DNA of 64,000 nt, from NCBI GenBank assembly GCA_034439575.1, contig JAWXAQ010000030.1:192001-256000 (forward strand), in the 5' to 3' direction. The notes beneath the pieces are model-generated. The model was not told the origin of the DNA and ran no database searches. It saw only the letters and a program-made list of their open reading frames with translations. Both the position numbers and the translations under genes were made by a program. Origin of the DNA: Leptospira sp. Its GTDB lineage: Bacteria > Spirochaetota > Leptospiria > Leptospirales > Leptospiraceae. Within the stretch, counting starts at the first letter, position 1. The number at the start of each line of letters is the position of its first letter. Positions 1 through 9,267 of the stretch are shown in pieces.

Positions 1-2489
1 TCTCGGCCTCTAATATTAACCTCAACAAAAATGCGTCTTTTTAATCCCTCACGATATATAGCGGACGCTGAATCTATAATTTCTATGTCTGCAACTTGGG
101 CCAAGGGAACTGTCGTATTCCTTGAAGTCATTATTGGAATATTCTGAACTTCATATATATCATCGGCTTCCAAATCCAAACGAAAGACCAAATCATACCT
201 TCGCATTCCTTCGAATATTTTTCCTGCATTGGAGCCGACTCTTAACATTTCTACAGTTCTAAGAATTTCAGAAGCTGAAACACCATAACGTGCCATCTTA
301 TCATAATTTGTATTGATTTGGAGCATAGGTAGACCAAGGACTCTTTGCACACGTAAATCCCCCGTGCCTTGGATCTTTGACAATACTGAGGCGACCTTTT
401 CTGCCTGGGATTTTATGGTTTTTAAATCATCTCCATAAATTTTGATCACAACATCCGCTTTGGAACCAGTGAGTAAGGAATTCACACGATTTTCTATAGG
501 TTGGGACATACTAAAATAAGTAGAAGGTATATCATTTGTTAGTCTGTCCTTCATAATGGACATCAATTCTTCTCTGTTAGATGCATTTTTCCATTCTGAC
601 CTAGGGCGAAGTTTTACCATCACAGACGTCTCTTCTGTGCCAAGAGGCTCTGCAGCTGATTCCCCACGTCCCACACGACCGACGACACTTGCTACCTCAG
701 GGAACTTCTTTAAGGTTTTTTCAATCGCCAAATTTAAGTCTCTAGAATAATCGATAGCGGTGGACGGCAATCGTTTCGCATCTACTTCTATTTCACCTTC
801 GTCTATCCTTGGTAAAAATTCTGAACCTAAAAAATTCCCAAGTAAAAAAGAAAATACCACGATACCTAAGGCTGAAGAAAGGATTTCTTTTTTTCTGGTC
901 CATCCCCATTCGAGCAACCTAACATAGTAATTTTCTATTTTTTCCCATACATAAGCTTTATGGATAAATGGTTTTTTATAAAAGAAAGCAAGACTCGCAG
1001 GAAAGACTGTGACAGAAAATATAAGTGCACTTGCCAATGCTAAAGCAACCGTTATCGCCATTGGACGAAACATTCGTCCTTCCACACCTTCCAAAACCAT
1101 AAGTGGCAGATAAACTAACATGATGATAGCGACAGAAAATACTGCCGCCTTAGCCACTCTTTTACATCTATTTGCGATTATGGATTCAGTTAGTTTTTGT
1201 ATCTCTTCTTCATTCATCGGATTTTTAAATTCAGAACGGCTAAAATAAAATCCAGCTAACACGGATTCCAACATAACAATGGAACCATCTACGAGTAATC
1301 CAAAATCCAAAGCACCAAGAGACATCAAATTTCCGACAACACCGAGATACCTCATAAATATTACGGCGACTAACATAGAGATAGGTATGGCGGCAGCAAC
1401 AAGGGCTCCGCCTTTGGCAGTTCCAAGCGTAATCACAAGTGCAAAAAATACTAAGAGTGCCCCTTCACCTAAATTCATAAAAACAGTTTTTAAAGCCCTA
1501 TTGATAAATTCTGATCTATCATAAAATGGTTCTATTTTCATACCTGGCGGTAGGGTTTTCGTAATCTCTGTAATTTTATCTTTTACACTGGCGACTACGT
1601 TTCTGGAATTTTGGCCAATTAACATGATAACGGTGGCAGAAACTACTTCTTTTCCATCTTTTGTCGCAATTCCAAATCGAAGTGCTGGCCCAACTTCTAC
1701 TCTGGCAATCTGACCAAGTAACAAAGGTATACCATCGGCTGATGTGCGAACAGCGACTCTTTTTAACTCTTCGATTCCTTCAAATTGACCTTCTCCTCGT
1801 ATAACTAGCTGTTCAACGCCTTTTTGCACATAACCACCACCCGTATTAAAATTTGCATTTTTGATATTAGTTAGAATATCTGTGATGGTCAAACTATGGG
1901 CTTGTAGTCTTTTGGGATCGATTAAAATCTGGTATTGTTTTAAGGTTCCACCGAGTGTATTGACTTCTATCACTCCAGGAACTGATTTCATTTTTTTTGA
2001 TAAATCCCAATCGATAAAACTTCGCAATTCCATAGAGGAATGTCTATCTGAAGTTAATACAAATTCATAAATATCACCGAGAGCCGTAGCGACAGGTGCG
2101 AGTTCTGGAGATCCATATTCGGGTGGGATAATTGCATCGACTAACTTGAGTCTTTCGTTTACAAGTTGCCTTGCAAACCATATATTTGTATCATCATCAA
2201 AGATAACTGAAACTGAACTGACACCAGCACGAGAAATAGAACGAATTTCTTTGGCACCAGGAATACCATTTAACTCTAATTCAATGGGATAAGTGATGAA
2301 TTGTTCGACTTCGAAGGGAGTTAAGGCAGGGGAAGATGTGACGGCTGTTACTTGGACATTTGTAACATCAGGAACTGCATCGATGGGTAATATAGATGCA
2401 TTGATAAGACCTATCAAACAAATGATAAGGCATACGATTAAAACTTTTGATTTGTTACGAATTGAAAAATCAACTAAGGTTTCTATCAT
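1..2489 (-). CDS. czcA: CusA/CzcA family heavy-metal efflux RND permease (3' end beyond window start)
   Basis: Not in the ORF track because its stop is off-window. My translation from the ATG at 2489 reads [47 protein letters not shown]. The gene also contains [17 protein letters not shown] and EGRMFRPMA, both typical heavy-metal RND motifs. GGAG lies just upstream. Confidence 0.9.
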   Translation of the reverse strand, partial: MIETLVDFSIRNKSKVLIVCLIICLIGLINASILPIDAVPDVTNVQVTAVTSSPALTPFEVEQFITYPIELELNGIPGAKEIRSISRAGVSSVSVIFDDDTNIWFARQLVNERLKLVDAIIPPEYGSPELAPVATALGDIYEFVLTSDRHSSMELRSFIDWDLSKKMKSVPGVIEVNTLGGTLKQYQILIDPKRLQAHSLTITDILTNIKNANFNTGGGYVQKGVEQLVIRGEGQFEGIEELKRVAVRTSADGIPLLLGQIARVEVGPALRFGIATKDGKEVVSATVIMLIGQNSRNVVASVKDKITEITKTLPPGMKIEPFYDRSEFINRALKTVFMNLGEGALLVFFALVITLGTAKGGALVAAAIPISMLVAVIFMRYLGVVGNLMSLGALDFGLLVDGSIVMLESVLAGFYFSRSEFKNPMNEEEIQKLTESIIANRCKRVAKAAVFSVAIIMLVYLPLMVLEGVEGRMFRPMAITVALALASALIFSVTVFPASLAFFYKKPFIHKAYVWEKIENYYVRLLEWGWTRKKEILSSALGIVVFSFLLGNFLGSEFLPRIDEGEIEVDAKRLPSTAIDYSRDLNLAIEKTLKKFPEVASVVGRVGRGESAAEPLGTEETSVMVKLRPRSEWKNASNREELMSIMKDRLTNDIPSTYFSMSQPIENRVNSLLTGSKADVVIKIYGDDLKTIKSQAEKVASVLSKIQGTGDLRVQRVLGLPMLQINTNYDKMARYGVSASEILRTVEMLRVGSNAGKIFEGMRRYDLVFRLDLEADDIYEVQNIPIMTSRNTTVPLAQVADIEIIDSASAIYREGLKRRIFVEVNIRGR

Positions 2490-2602
2490 TCCCACTCCAG
2501 ATACTAAAAATCATTTGAATGATTCCAGTATCTTGTAGAGAGATATCAATGCAACTAAATTGCACCAAATTCAAGGAACGATTATATTCTAATTAAGCTT
2601 TA

Positions 2603-3883
2603 TTAAGCGATCTTCTCTATATCACCTTTCAGAATGGTGACTGGAAATTCACTCTTTAAAACTGTATCTTCTGTGATGATCACTTCCAAAACATCTTTAC
2701 GAGAAGGTATTTGGAACATGAGATCCATCATGGTTTCTTCAATGATAGCGCGGAGTCCACGAGCACCACTCTCTCGTTTGATGGCGGTTTCTGCAATGGC
2801 AGTGATCGCATCTTCTGTAAACTTAAGTTTAACGTTTTCAATATCAAACATCTTTTGGTATTGTTTGAGAAGGGAATTTTTTGGTTCTGTAAAAATGGAT
2901 TTCAAAGAATCGACGGTTAACTCATCTAAGGTGGCAACAATTGGCAAACGACCAATAAACTCGGGGATGAGACCAAATTTCATAAGATCATCTGGGATCA
3001 CATGGTGAACTAAATTTCCTGTAACTTCGATCGCTTGCCCCATTTCATTTACGGCTTCCCCAGAATGAAATCCGATTGACTTAACACCTACTCTCTGTTT
3101 GATGATTTGGTCCAAACCAACAAAGGCACCACCGCAAATAAAGAGAATGTTTTTTGTTTCTACAGGAATGTATTCTTGGTGTGGGTGTTTACGTCCACCT
3201 TGTGGTGGGACATTAGCAATTGTGCCTTCAATGATTTTCAATAGGGCTTGCTGTACGCCTTCGCCTGACACATCACGAGTGATAGACGCCGAATCTGACT
3301 TACGAGAAATTTTATCTATCTCATCAATATAGATGATTCCCATTTCAGCGCGTTTGACATCATTATCAGAATTTTGAATGAGTTTAAGAATGATATTTTC
3401 TACATCTTCGCCCACATAACCTGCTTCAGTCAATGCCGTCGCATCCACAATGGCAAAAGGAACTTTTAAAATGCGAGCGAGTGTCTGTGCTAGAAGTGTT
3501 TTTCCAGAACCGGTAGGTCCAATCAGCATAATGTTTGATTTTTCTAATTCAACATCACCCGCCTTACGGTCGTTATGGAAGATTCTTTTGTAATGATTAT
3601 ACACAGCAACAGCTAAGGCTTTTTTTGCCTGTTCTTGCCCGATGACATACTGGTCTAAGATTTTTTTGATTTCTACTGGTTTTGGAATTTCTCCAACAAT
3701 AGCGGTCTTTTCACCACCTTGCGGTTCTTCGGCGATGATTTCGTTGCAAAGGGAAATACATTCATCACAAATATAAACACCAGGACCAGCAACAAGTCTA
3801 CGAACTTCGTCTTGGGCTTTTCCGCAAAAGGAACAATGGAGTTTTTCACGGGAATTGCCGGTGCTCGTAGGTCGCTTGGTCAT
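2603..3883 (-). CDS. clpX: ATP-dependent Clp protease ATP-binding subunit ClpX
   Basis: C4 zinc finger (CSFCGK...CDEC), Walker [28 protein letters not shown] and an IGF loop. Confidence 0.98.
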   Translation of the reverse strand: MTKRPTSTGNSREKLHCSFCGKAQDEVRRLVAGPGVYICDECISLCNEIIAEEPQGGEKTAIVGEIPKPVEIKKILDQYVIGQEQAKKALAVAVYNHYKRIFHNDRKAGDVELEKSNIMLIGPTGSGKTLLAQTLARILKVPFAIVDATALTEAGYVGEDVENIILKLIQNSDNDVKRAEMGIIYIDEIDKISRKSDSASITRDVSGEGVQQALLKIIEGTIANVPPQGGRKHPHQEYIPVETKNILFICGGAFVGLDQIIKQRVGVKSIGFHSGEAVNEMGQAIEVTGNLVHHVIPDDLMKFGLIPEFIGRLPIVATLDELTVDSLKSIFTEPKNSLLKQYQKMFDIENVKLKFTEDAITAIAETAIKRESGARGLRAIIEETMMDLMFQIPSRKDVLEVIITEDTVLKSEFPVTILKGDIEKIA

Positions 3884-3894
3884 GGGGGGCTCCT

Positions 3895-4494
3895 TTAAGC
3901 CTGAATTTGTTTTCGCTCTTGGATTACGTTGTCTATGACGCCGTATTCTTTTGCTTCTTCCGCACTCATATACATATTGCGTTCGGTATCTTTTTTGATT
4001 TGTTCAGACGTTTTGCCAGTGTGCTTACCATAAAGGTCGATCAATTTGTCCTTTATCTTAACTATTTCTCGAGCTGAGATCTCAATATCAGAGGCTTGTC
4101 CACCTGCACCACCGTAAGGTTGGTGTAACATAATGCGTGAATTTGGTAGAGCGGAACGTTTTCCTTTCGCACCACCCGCAAGTAAAAGAGCCGCCATAGA
4201 GGATGCTTGGCCAATACAAAGCGTTCTCACTTCTGGTTTGATCAGTTGCATAGTGTCGTAAATCGCCATTCCAGAACTTACATAGCCACCTGGGCTATTG
4301 ATATAAAGATAAACGTCTCTTTCTGGATTCTCGGCTTCTAAAAATAACAATTGGGCGGAAATGACATTGGCATAAGCCTCATCTATTGCTGACCCAAGGA
4401 AAATAATACGATCTTTGAGGAGTCTAGAAAAAATGTCATACTGACGTTCTCCCCGGCTCGTTTGTTCAATTACATAAGGCATTAATGTAGACAT
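3895..4494 (-). CDS. clpP: ATP-dependent Clp protease proteolytic subunit (ClpP1-like, Ser-His-Asn triad)
   Basis: [30 protein letters not shown] and MLHQP; lies between tig and clpX. Confidence 0.97.
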   Translation of the reverse strand: MSTLMPYVIEQTSRGERQYDIFSRLLKDRIIFLGSAIDEAYANVISAQLLFLEAENPERDVYLYINSPGGYVSSGMAIYDTMQLIKPEVRTLCIGQASSMAALLLAGGAKGKRSALPNSRIMLHQPYGGAGGQASDIEISAREIVKIKDKLIDLYGKHTGKTSEQIKKDTERNMYMSAEEAKEYGVIDNVIQERKQIQA

Positions 4495-4496
4495 GT

Positions 4497-5840
4497 TTAT
4501 TCTTTCCCGCTAAGTAATTTCTCTGCATCTTCGGTGGAAACCGCTTTCGGAGATTTCTTATCTACCTCACCATAAACAAACTCGTCGATTTTATCAAACA
4601 GGAATTTGTCTCTGTAAAAAGTTTCCGCCTTTTGTTTTTGGACTTCTTTCATCAGGGATTCGACAGGAATTCCTTGCGATAATGCTTCTTTTTCAAATCC
4701 TGCGACAATTTCTTCCTCAGAAAGGGTGATTTTGTTGTCTTCGCCGATTTTGTGCTTCAAAAGGTAAGTTTGGATGCGTTTTTCTGCCGCCTGGGCGAAG
4801 GAAGCCCGCACTTCGGATTCTTCCTTGCCAAGTCGTTTCGCATACTCTGGAAGAGTCGTATGTGGTAGGCGGAATTCGTGAATGAAATTATGGAAAACTC
4901 CATCTGTCTCTTCGTGAATTAAAGATTCAGGGATCAAAAACTTTGTATCTTTGATAATTTCTGCATAGGCTTCTTCGGTAACCTTTCTTTTCAATGCGTT
5001 ATTGAAAAGTTCTTCCAATTGTTTTTTGGTTTTGTCCTTTAATGCCTGCAAGTTGGCCGATCCATCCACCTCAGATGCGAAATCATCATTGATTTCTGGA
5101 TAAGTAACGCGGTAAACAGCCGTTACTTTGACATGGTATACGAATTGTTTGCCAGCAGATTCTGGGGAAGCCGGAAAAGAGTCAGGATAACGGAAGTTAA
5201 ATTCTTTCTCTTCGTTTAGTTTCATGCCAATAAGTTCAGAATCAAAACCTGGTGGGTTTTGAGTGGCACCCATTTGGAATTTACCAGTTTGTGATGCTTC
5301 AGGAAATTCTTTTCCTTCTTCTTTGAATTTGTATTGGATTTCTAATAAATCAGTATTTTCAACAGCTTCGCCTTCTTCTTTTAGAATGTTGCGAGCCATA
5401 TTTTTTTGCATGCCTTCCAATTCTTTTTGGAGGTCAGCATCTGTGATTTTGATTTCTTTTGGTTGGATTTTAATCTTTTTTAATTTTGGTAAAGTGACTT
5501 CAGGTTTTGTATCATAGGTAGTCTTTGCCTTAGCACCTGCTTTGCGATCAAAGCTCTCTACTTGAAATTGTGGAATGCGGATCGGTTTGTGTTCTAATTT
5601 GTCAAAAAGATCGGACATCGCATTATTTAGCATAATATTAGCCGCATCATCCATCACACTATCGCCCAATACTTTTTCGACCATATGGAGTGGGGCTTTG
5701 CCTGGACGAAAGCCTGGAACTTTCACTTTTGAACTCGCACTTTCATAGGCTTTTTTATATGCCGTATCTACTTCAAGGGCAGAAAAAGTAATTGTTAAGT
5801 CACAAGAAGCGTTGTTGTTTTTTTTTGCTGTAAATTCCAT
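4497..5840 (-). CDS. tig: Trigger factor
   Basis: Ribosome-binding motif [14 protein letters not shown]-like middle region and tig-clpP-clpX order. I prefer the ATG at 5840 over the TTG at 5852. Confidence 0.93.
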   Translation of the reverse strand: MEFTAKKNNNASCDLTITFSALEVDTAYKKAYESASSKVKVPGFRPGKAPLHMVEKVLGDSVMDDAANIMLNNAMSDLFDKLEHKPIRIPQFQVESFDRKAGAKAKTTYDTKPEVTLPKLKKIKIQPKEIKITDADLQKELEGMQKNMARNILKEEGEAVENTDLLEIQYKFKEEGKEFPEASQTGKFQMGATQNPPGFDSELIGMKLNEEKEFNFRYPDSFPASPESAGKQFVYHVKVTAVYRVTYPEINDDFASEVDGSANLQALKDKTKKQLEELFNNALKRKVTEEAYAEIIKDTKFLIPESLIHEETDGVFHNFIHEFRLPHTTLPEYAKRLGKEESEVRASFAQAAEKRIQTYLLKHKIGEDNKITLSEEEIVAGFEKEALSQGIPVESLMKEVQKQKAETFYRDKFLFDKIDEFVYGEVDKKSPKAVSTEDAEKLLSGKE

Positions 5841-5948
5841 ACCGTGTTCCAATCAAATAATGTGTCATAAGGAGGGATAAAAAGAGCGAAGGACATTTGG
5901 CTACTGCAAGGATACTAAAAATTTCGCCCTATGATTCAACCCTCTGTT

Positions 5949-6020
5949 AGCGGGAAACGGGACTTGAACCCGCGACCCTCTCCTTGGCAAGGAGATGCTC
6001 TACCGCTGAGCTATTCCCGC
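5949..6020 (-). tRNA. tRNA-Gly (anticodon GCC), CCA not encoded
   Basis: The reverse complement GCGGGAATAGCTCAGCGGTAGAGCATCTCCTTGCCAAGGAGAGGGTCGCGGGTTCAAGTCCCGTTTCCCGCT folds as a cloverleaf, with anticodon arm TCTCC-TTGCCAA-GGAGA and T-arm GGTTCAAGTCC. Confidence 0.97.
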
Positions 6021-6111
6021 AAGAGGTTTGAGTAAATCCATGATTTTTAGAAATACTTCCCAGGCAAGGAAAAAAGACCTATTTTCTAGCAATTCATACC
6101 AAATCGAAGCT

Positions 6112-6789
6112 TTAGCGAACTTGGACTTTTTTGGCCAATTTTTTGAGATATGGATATACCGATTCAGAAACTAAGACATGCCCCTCTTCTGTGGGATGGA
6201 TTCCATCTTTTTGGTTTAGTTTGCGATCACTCGCAACTTTCTCTAATAGAAAGGGAACGAGCATCACATTTTCTGATTTTGCTAAATCAGGATAAATCGC
6301 ATCAAATTCATCACGGTACTTTGATCCGAGATTCGGGGTAGATTTCATTCCGATGAGTAATATCTCACAATTTGGATATGTTTTTTTTACTGTCCGCAAT
6401 ATCGTTGCTAAATTGTCACGAGTGACCTTTGGTGTGATCCCGCGTAACATATCATTGGCACCTAACTCTAAAACAAATATATTTGGTTTTTGACTGAGAA
6501 CCCAATCGAGTCTCCCTAAACCACCAGAACTTGTATCACCAGATACTCCTGCATTTGTAATCTCAAAAGTATATCCTTCTTTTTTTAACCGAGCGACGAT
6601 TAGATGAGGCCAAGCTTTTTCATAATCAACTAAACCGTATCCTGCCGTTAATGAATCACCAAAAAATATAATCCGCTGTGACTTTGATTCTGAATTAGGA
6701 GCCGTGGGCACTGAGGGATTTGATGTTTCGGCATCATTGCCACAGGAAAAAAATGTAAATATAAGTAAGAGAGGAATCAGTTTCAACAT
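6112..6789 (-). CDS. GDSL/SGNH arylesterase (TesA-like) lipoprotein
   Basis: FGDSLTAG, NAGVSGDT, ELGAND and DGIHP blocks; lipobox FFSC. Confidence 0.9.
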   Translation of the reverse strand: MLKLIPLLLIFTFFSCGNDAETSNPSVPTAPNSESKSQRIIFFGDSLTAGYGLVDYEKAWPHLIVARLKKEGYTFEITNAGVSGDTSSGGLGRLDWVLSQKPNIFVLELGANDMLRGITPKVTRDNLATILRTVKKTYPNCEILLIGMKSTPNLGSKYRDEFDAIYPDLAKSENVMLVPFLLEKVASDRKLNQKDGIHPTEEGHVLVSESVYPYLKKLAKKVQVR

Positions 6790-6911
6790 ACAAGGGATTT
6801 TTATCCGTACGTATTAGACATAGCAAGTAGAATATTTGAAAGTGAATTTGAGTATGGGAAAGAGTTTTTGATAATTTTCAGTCTTAGGGATTCAAAACAA
6901 TTTTTATCTTA

Positions 6912-8252
6912 TCAGTAAACCCCATCACTATCATAGAAAAAGGAAACACCAGGCATAATGTAAAATTCTGTGACTTGGTGTTTTATGGAACTAGACATTT
7001 CCGAAACCCCGATTCCAATACTACGAGCCGAATAATCTGTACGAGGCACATTTCCAATGGTATCACCTAGATACAAAGGGTATGTGCGTTTTACGTCTTG
7101 GCGAATGAGACCAAAGTCCAAAGTGAATCGACAATAACGAAAAGAAGATTCTATATTTAAAATCGTTCCTTTGTCTCTGACATTTCCACCATACGCTGGT
7201 ACAACGCCTGATATGTTAGAAGTGCTGTCGTTAAAAATTTCTTGGACAACTTGTGTTCCGATCACAGAAAAATCACCCTTACGATCGAGGAGTTCGTACC
7301 TAGCGCGCACTTCCCACCAATCGCGAAGTTTGATCTTCATAAAGATACCAGGCAAAATTCCTTTCATAGAATATTCCGCATTGGCATCTCCACCGACAGA
7401 CCAAGTTGTTTTATTGGGAACACTTGCTTCTGGACGACTTGTAGAATAAGAACCGTAGGTAATGTTATTTCTTTCCGAATATCTATGAAAGTTAATCGAT
7501 GGACCGATCATAAATATCTTTGTTAGTGGGTGAGTATAAGAAAATCTCAAGTGATTGCTCACACCTTCAAAACGAAGGAGACGATTGCCTTCAAAAGCAG
7601 ATCCCCAATAATTAGCAGTCCTTGGGGAAAAAAACTCATTGGATGCAGGAAGGTCTCGACTGTACACGCCTAAGGTGGTGTCTTCGGCTAACTGGATTTC
7701 GTATTTGTTTTTGTAACCGTATCTGATATCCCAAAATTGGGAATTCACGCCTAAGTCTTTGGTTCCTTTGTACGGAATCGCAAGCGGTGCCCCGGGTTCT
7801 GCCCCTTGTCTAAAAATGGAATTCGTAAGCCATGCAGGACCTGTTTCATTTAAGATAGCAGGAGATAAATTTCCAATTCCCCATCCTGTGCGAAAGAGCA
7901 ATCTATGTTCATACACTTGATTGAATTTTTGCATGGGCTCTAAGTTATTTGCATGTTTTTCTAAAGTGGTATTTGTCCTTGGGGTTTCTGTTTCATCCGT
8001 ATGAGGGGCTTCCTTATGATTCGGATCCGTATGTTTCCCTTTTGTATCTTTATGCAAAGGGTCTTTATGAGTAGCATCTGTGTGTTTGGTGGTTTCTACA
8101 TTTTTTGTAGAGTCGGTATGTTTGGCAGGATCTATGTGTTTTGTGTGATCCGTATCTTTATTTACTTCGGTATGTTTTACTGGATCTTCAGCGAACAAAT
8201 AAATAGGAAGAATAAAGGAAATCGTAATTAATATTTTAAATATATTTTTCAA
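6912..8252 (-). CDS. Putative outer-membrane beta-barrel protein with His-rich repetitive N-terminus
   Basis: Signal peptide, alternating aromatic/polar strand patterns, C-terminal aromatic residue and KHTD-like repeats. Confidence 0.65.
   Translation of the reverse strand: MKNIFKILITISFILPIYLFAEDPVKHTEVNKDTDHTKHIDPAKHTDSTKNVETTKHTDATHKDPLHKDTKGKHTDPNHKEAPHTDETETPRTNTTLEKHANNLEPMQKFNQVYEHRLLFRTGWGIGNLSPAILNETGPAWLTNSIFRQGAEPGAPLAIPYKGTKDLGVNSQFWDIRYGYKNKYEIQLAEDTTLGVYSRDLPASNEFFSPRTANYWGSAFEGNRLLRFEGVSNHLRFSYTHPLTKIFMIGPSINFHRYSERNNITYGSYSTSRPEASVPNKTTWSVGGDANAEYSMKGILPGIFMKIKLRDWWEVRARYELLDRKGDFSVIGTQVVQEIFNDSTSNISGVVPAYGGNVRDKGTILNIESSFRYCRFTLDFGLIRQDVKRTYPLYLGDTIGNVPRTDYSARSIGIGVSEMSSSIKHQVTEFYIMPGVSFFYDSDGVY
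7989..8180 (-). repeat. Degenerate coding repeat of about 18 nt encoding KHT(D/E)xx hexapeptides
   Basis: KHTEVN-KDTDHT-KHIDPA-KHTDST-KNVETT-KHTDAT...KHTDPN; 10 His in about 60 residues. Confidence 0.8.
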
Positions 8253-8262
8253 TTGTTATTAC

Positions 8263-8967
8263 CTAATATACGATACGAACTGTACCAACATAAATTTCCG
8301 TTCGACGGTTTTTCTTTTCAGCTAACATCGTATCTACGATTTTTCGTAAGTCAGCATAACCATCGACTTCCTTAAATCTTTCTTCGACAATATTGTGTTT
8401 GTTTTTTAACTCTGTTTTGACGGCAAATGATCTATCCTTACTGAGTTTTAAATTCATTTGGAAAGCACCGACACTATCCGTATGTCCACCGATGCGGCAA
8501 TTTGTTTCCGGATATGCCGCCAATGCATCGGCAATTTTTGAAATCAATTCTTTCGCTTTCGGTGTGAGTGTAGATTTTCCAGAAGGAAAGGCAACATCTC
8601 CATCAATCACAATTAATAATTCACGAAGTCTCTTCTCTGGGTCTTCAATTCTTTTTAATTCCACTCCCCTAGCATGTAAACCTTCAGCTGTTTCTTCAAA
8701 GGTAGTACCTGAATGTTCAAAATCATTTCGAATCCCCAAGTATAATTTTTCCATGTAAGGTGGTGTACCCATTTCATCTAAAGCACCAACAGGTAAACTT
8801 CCAAGGGGACTATCATTTTTTTCGACTACGGCTTGTTCTACGGGACGAACACATCCACAAAACCTCTCCCAAGCTGTTAAAGAAATTGTTGATGCGTTAC
8901 TTGTGCTTTGGCAATGAACAAATATTACGGAATAAATAGATAATATAATGATTAAATAAGATTTCAA
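8263..8967 (-). CDS. OmpA family peptidoglycan-binding protein, probable lipoprotein
   Basis: DVAFPSGKSTL, IGGHTDSVG, NLKLSKDRS and KNRRTEI motifs; lipobox-like FVHC. Confidence 0.88.
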   Translation of the reverse strand: MKSYLIIILSIYSVIFVHCQSTSNASTISLTAWERFCGCVRPVEQAVVEKNDSPLGSLPVGALDEMGTPPYMEKLYLGIRNDFEHSGTTFEETAEGLHARGVELKRIEDPEKRLRELLIVIDGDVAFPSGKSTLTPKAKELISKIADALAAYPETNCRIGGHTDSVGAFQMNLKLSKDRSFAVKTELKNKHNIVEERFKEVDGYADLRKIVDTMLAEKKNRRTEIYVGTVRIVY

Positions 8968-9267
8968 ATGTGTATTCTCGGTTTCAATGACAGCTTATAC
9001 TCTTTTGATACAAGTTGTTCTGTGGAAATTATTTTTTTAGATTTATGGATAAAATTTAATCTGAGAGGCATATCCCTTTATTGCCATTTCTTTAACATAC
9101 TATATACGGTTTAATACTAAAGACCTTAGTGTTGTTCCCTAGTGACATGTACGTAAAATCTATTTTTTCTTAGTGAATTGCTAGGTTTTTTGATAAATCC
9201 TTGGCACTTTGGGATAGGATTCACATTATTACTTTGAAGTATGTAACTTCACCAGAGAGTATTGACT

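Noticed and set aside
556-2538. Short plus-strand ORFs in the ORF track, and similar antisense ORFs across the window (e.g. 39750-40262, 50353-50967, 55809-56549)
   Set aside because: They are shadows on the opposite strand of well-supported genes and have no recognisable motifs.
5818-5826. A9 tract in tig, and other A/T homopolymers, as phase-variation sites
   Set aside because: The reading frames are intact, and such runs are common in this AT-rich sequence.
9201-9218. Sigma-54 promoter (TTGGCAC) upstream of the large lipoprotein
   Set aside because: The -24 element is present, but the -12 position reads GATA rather than TTGC.
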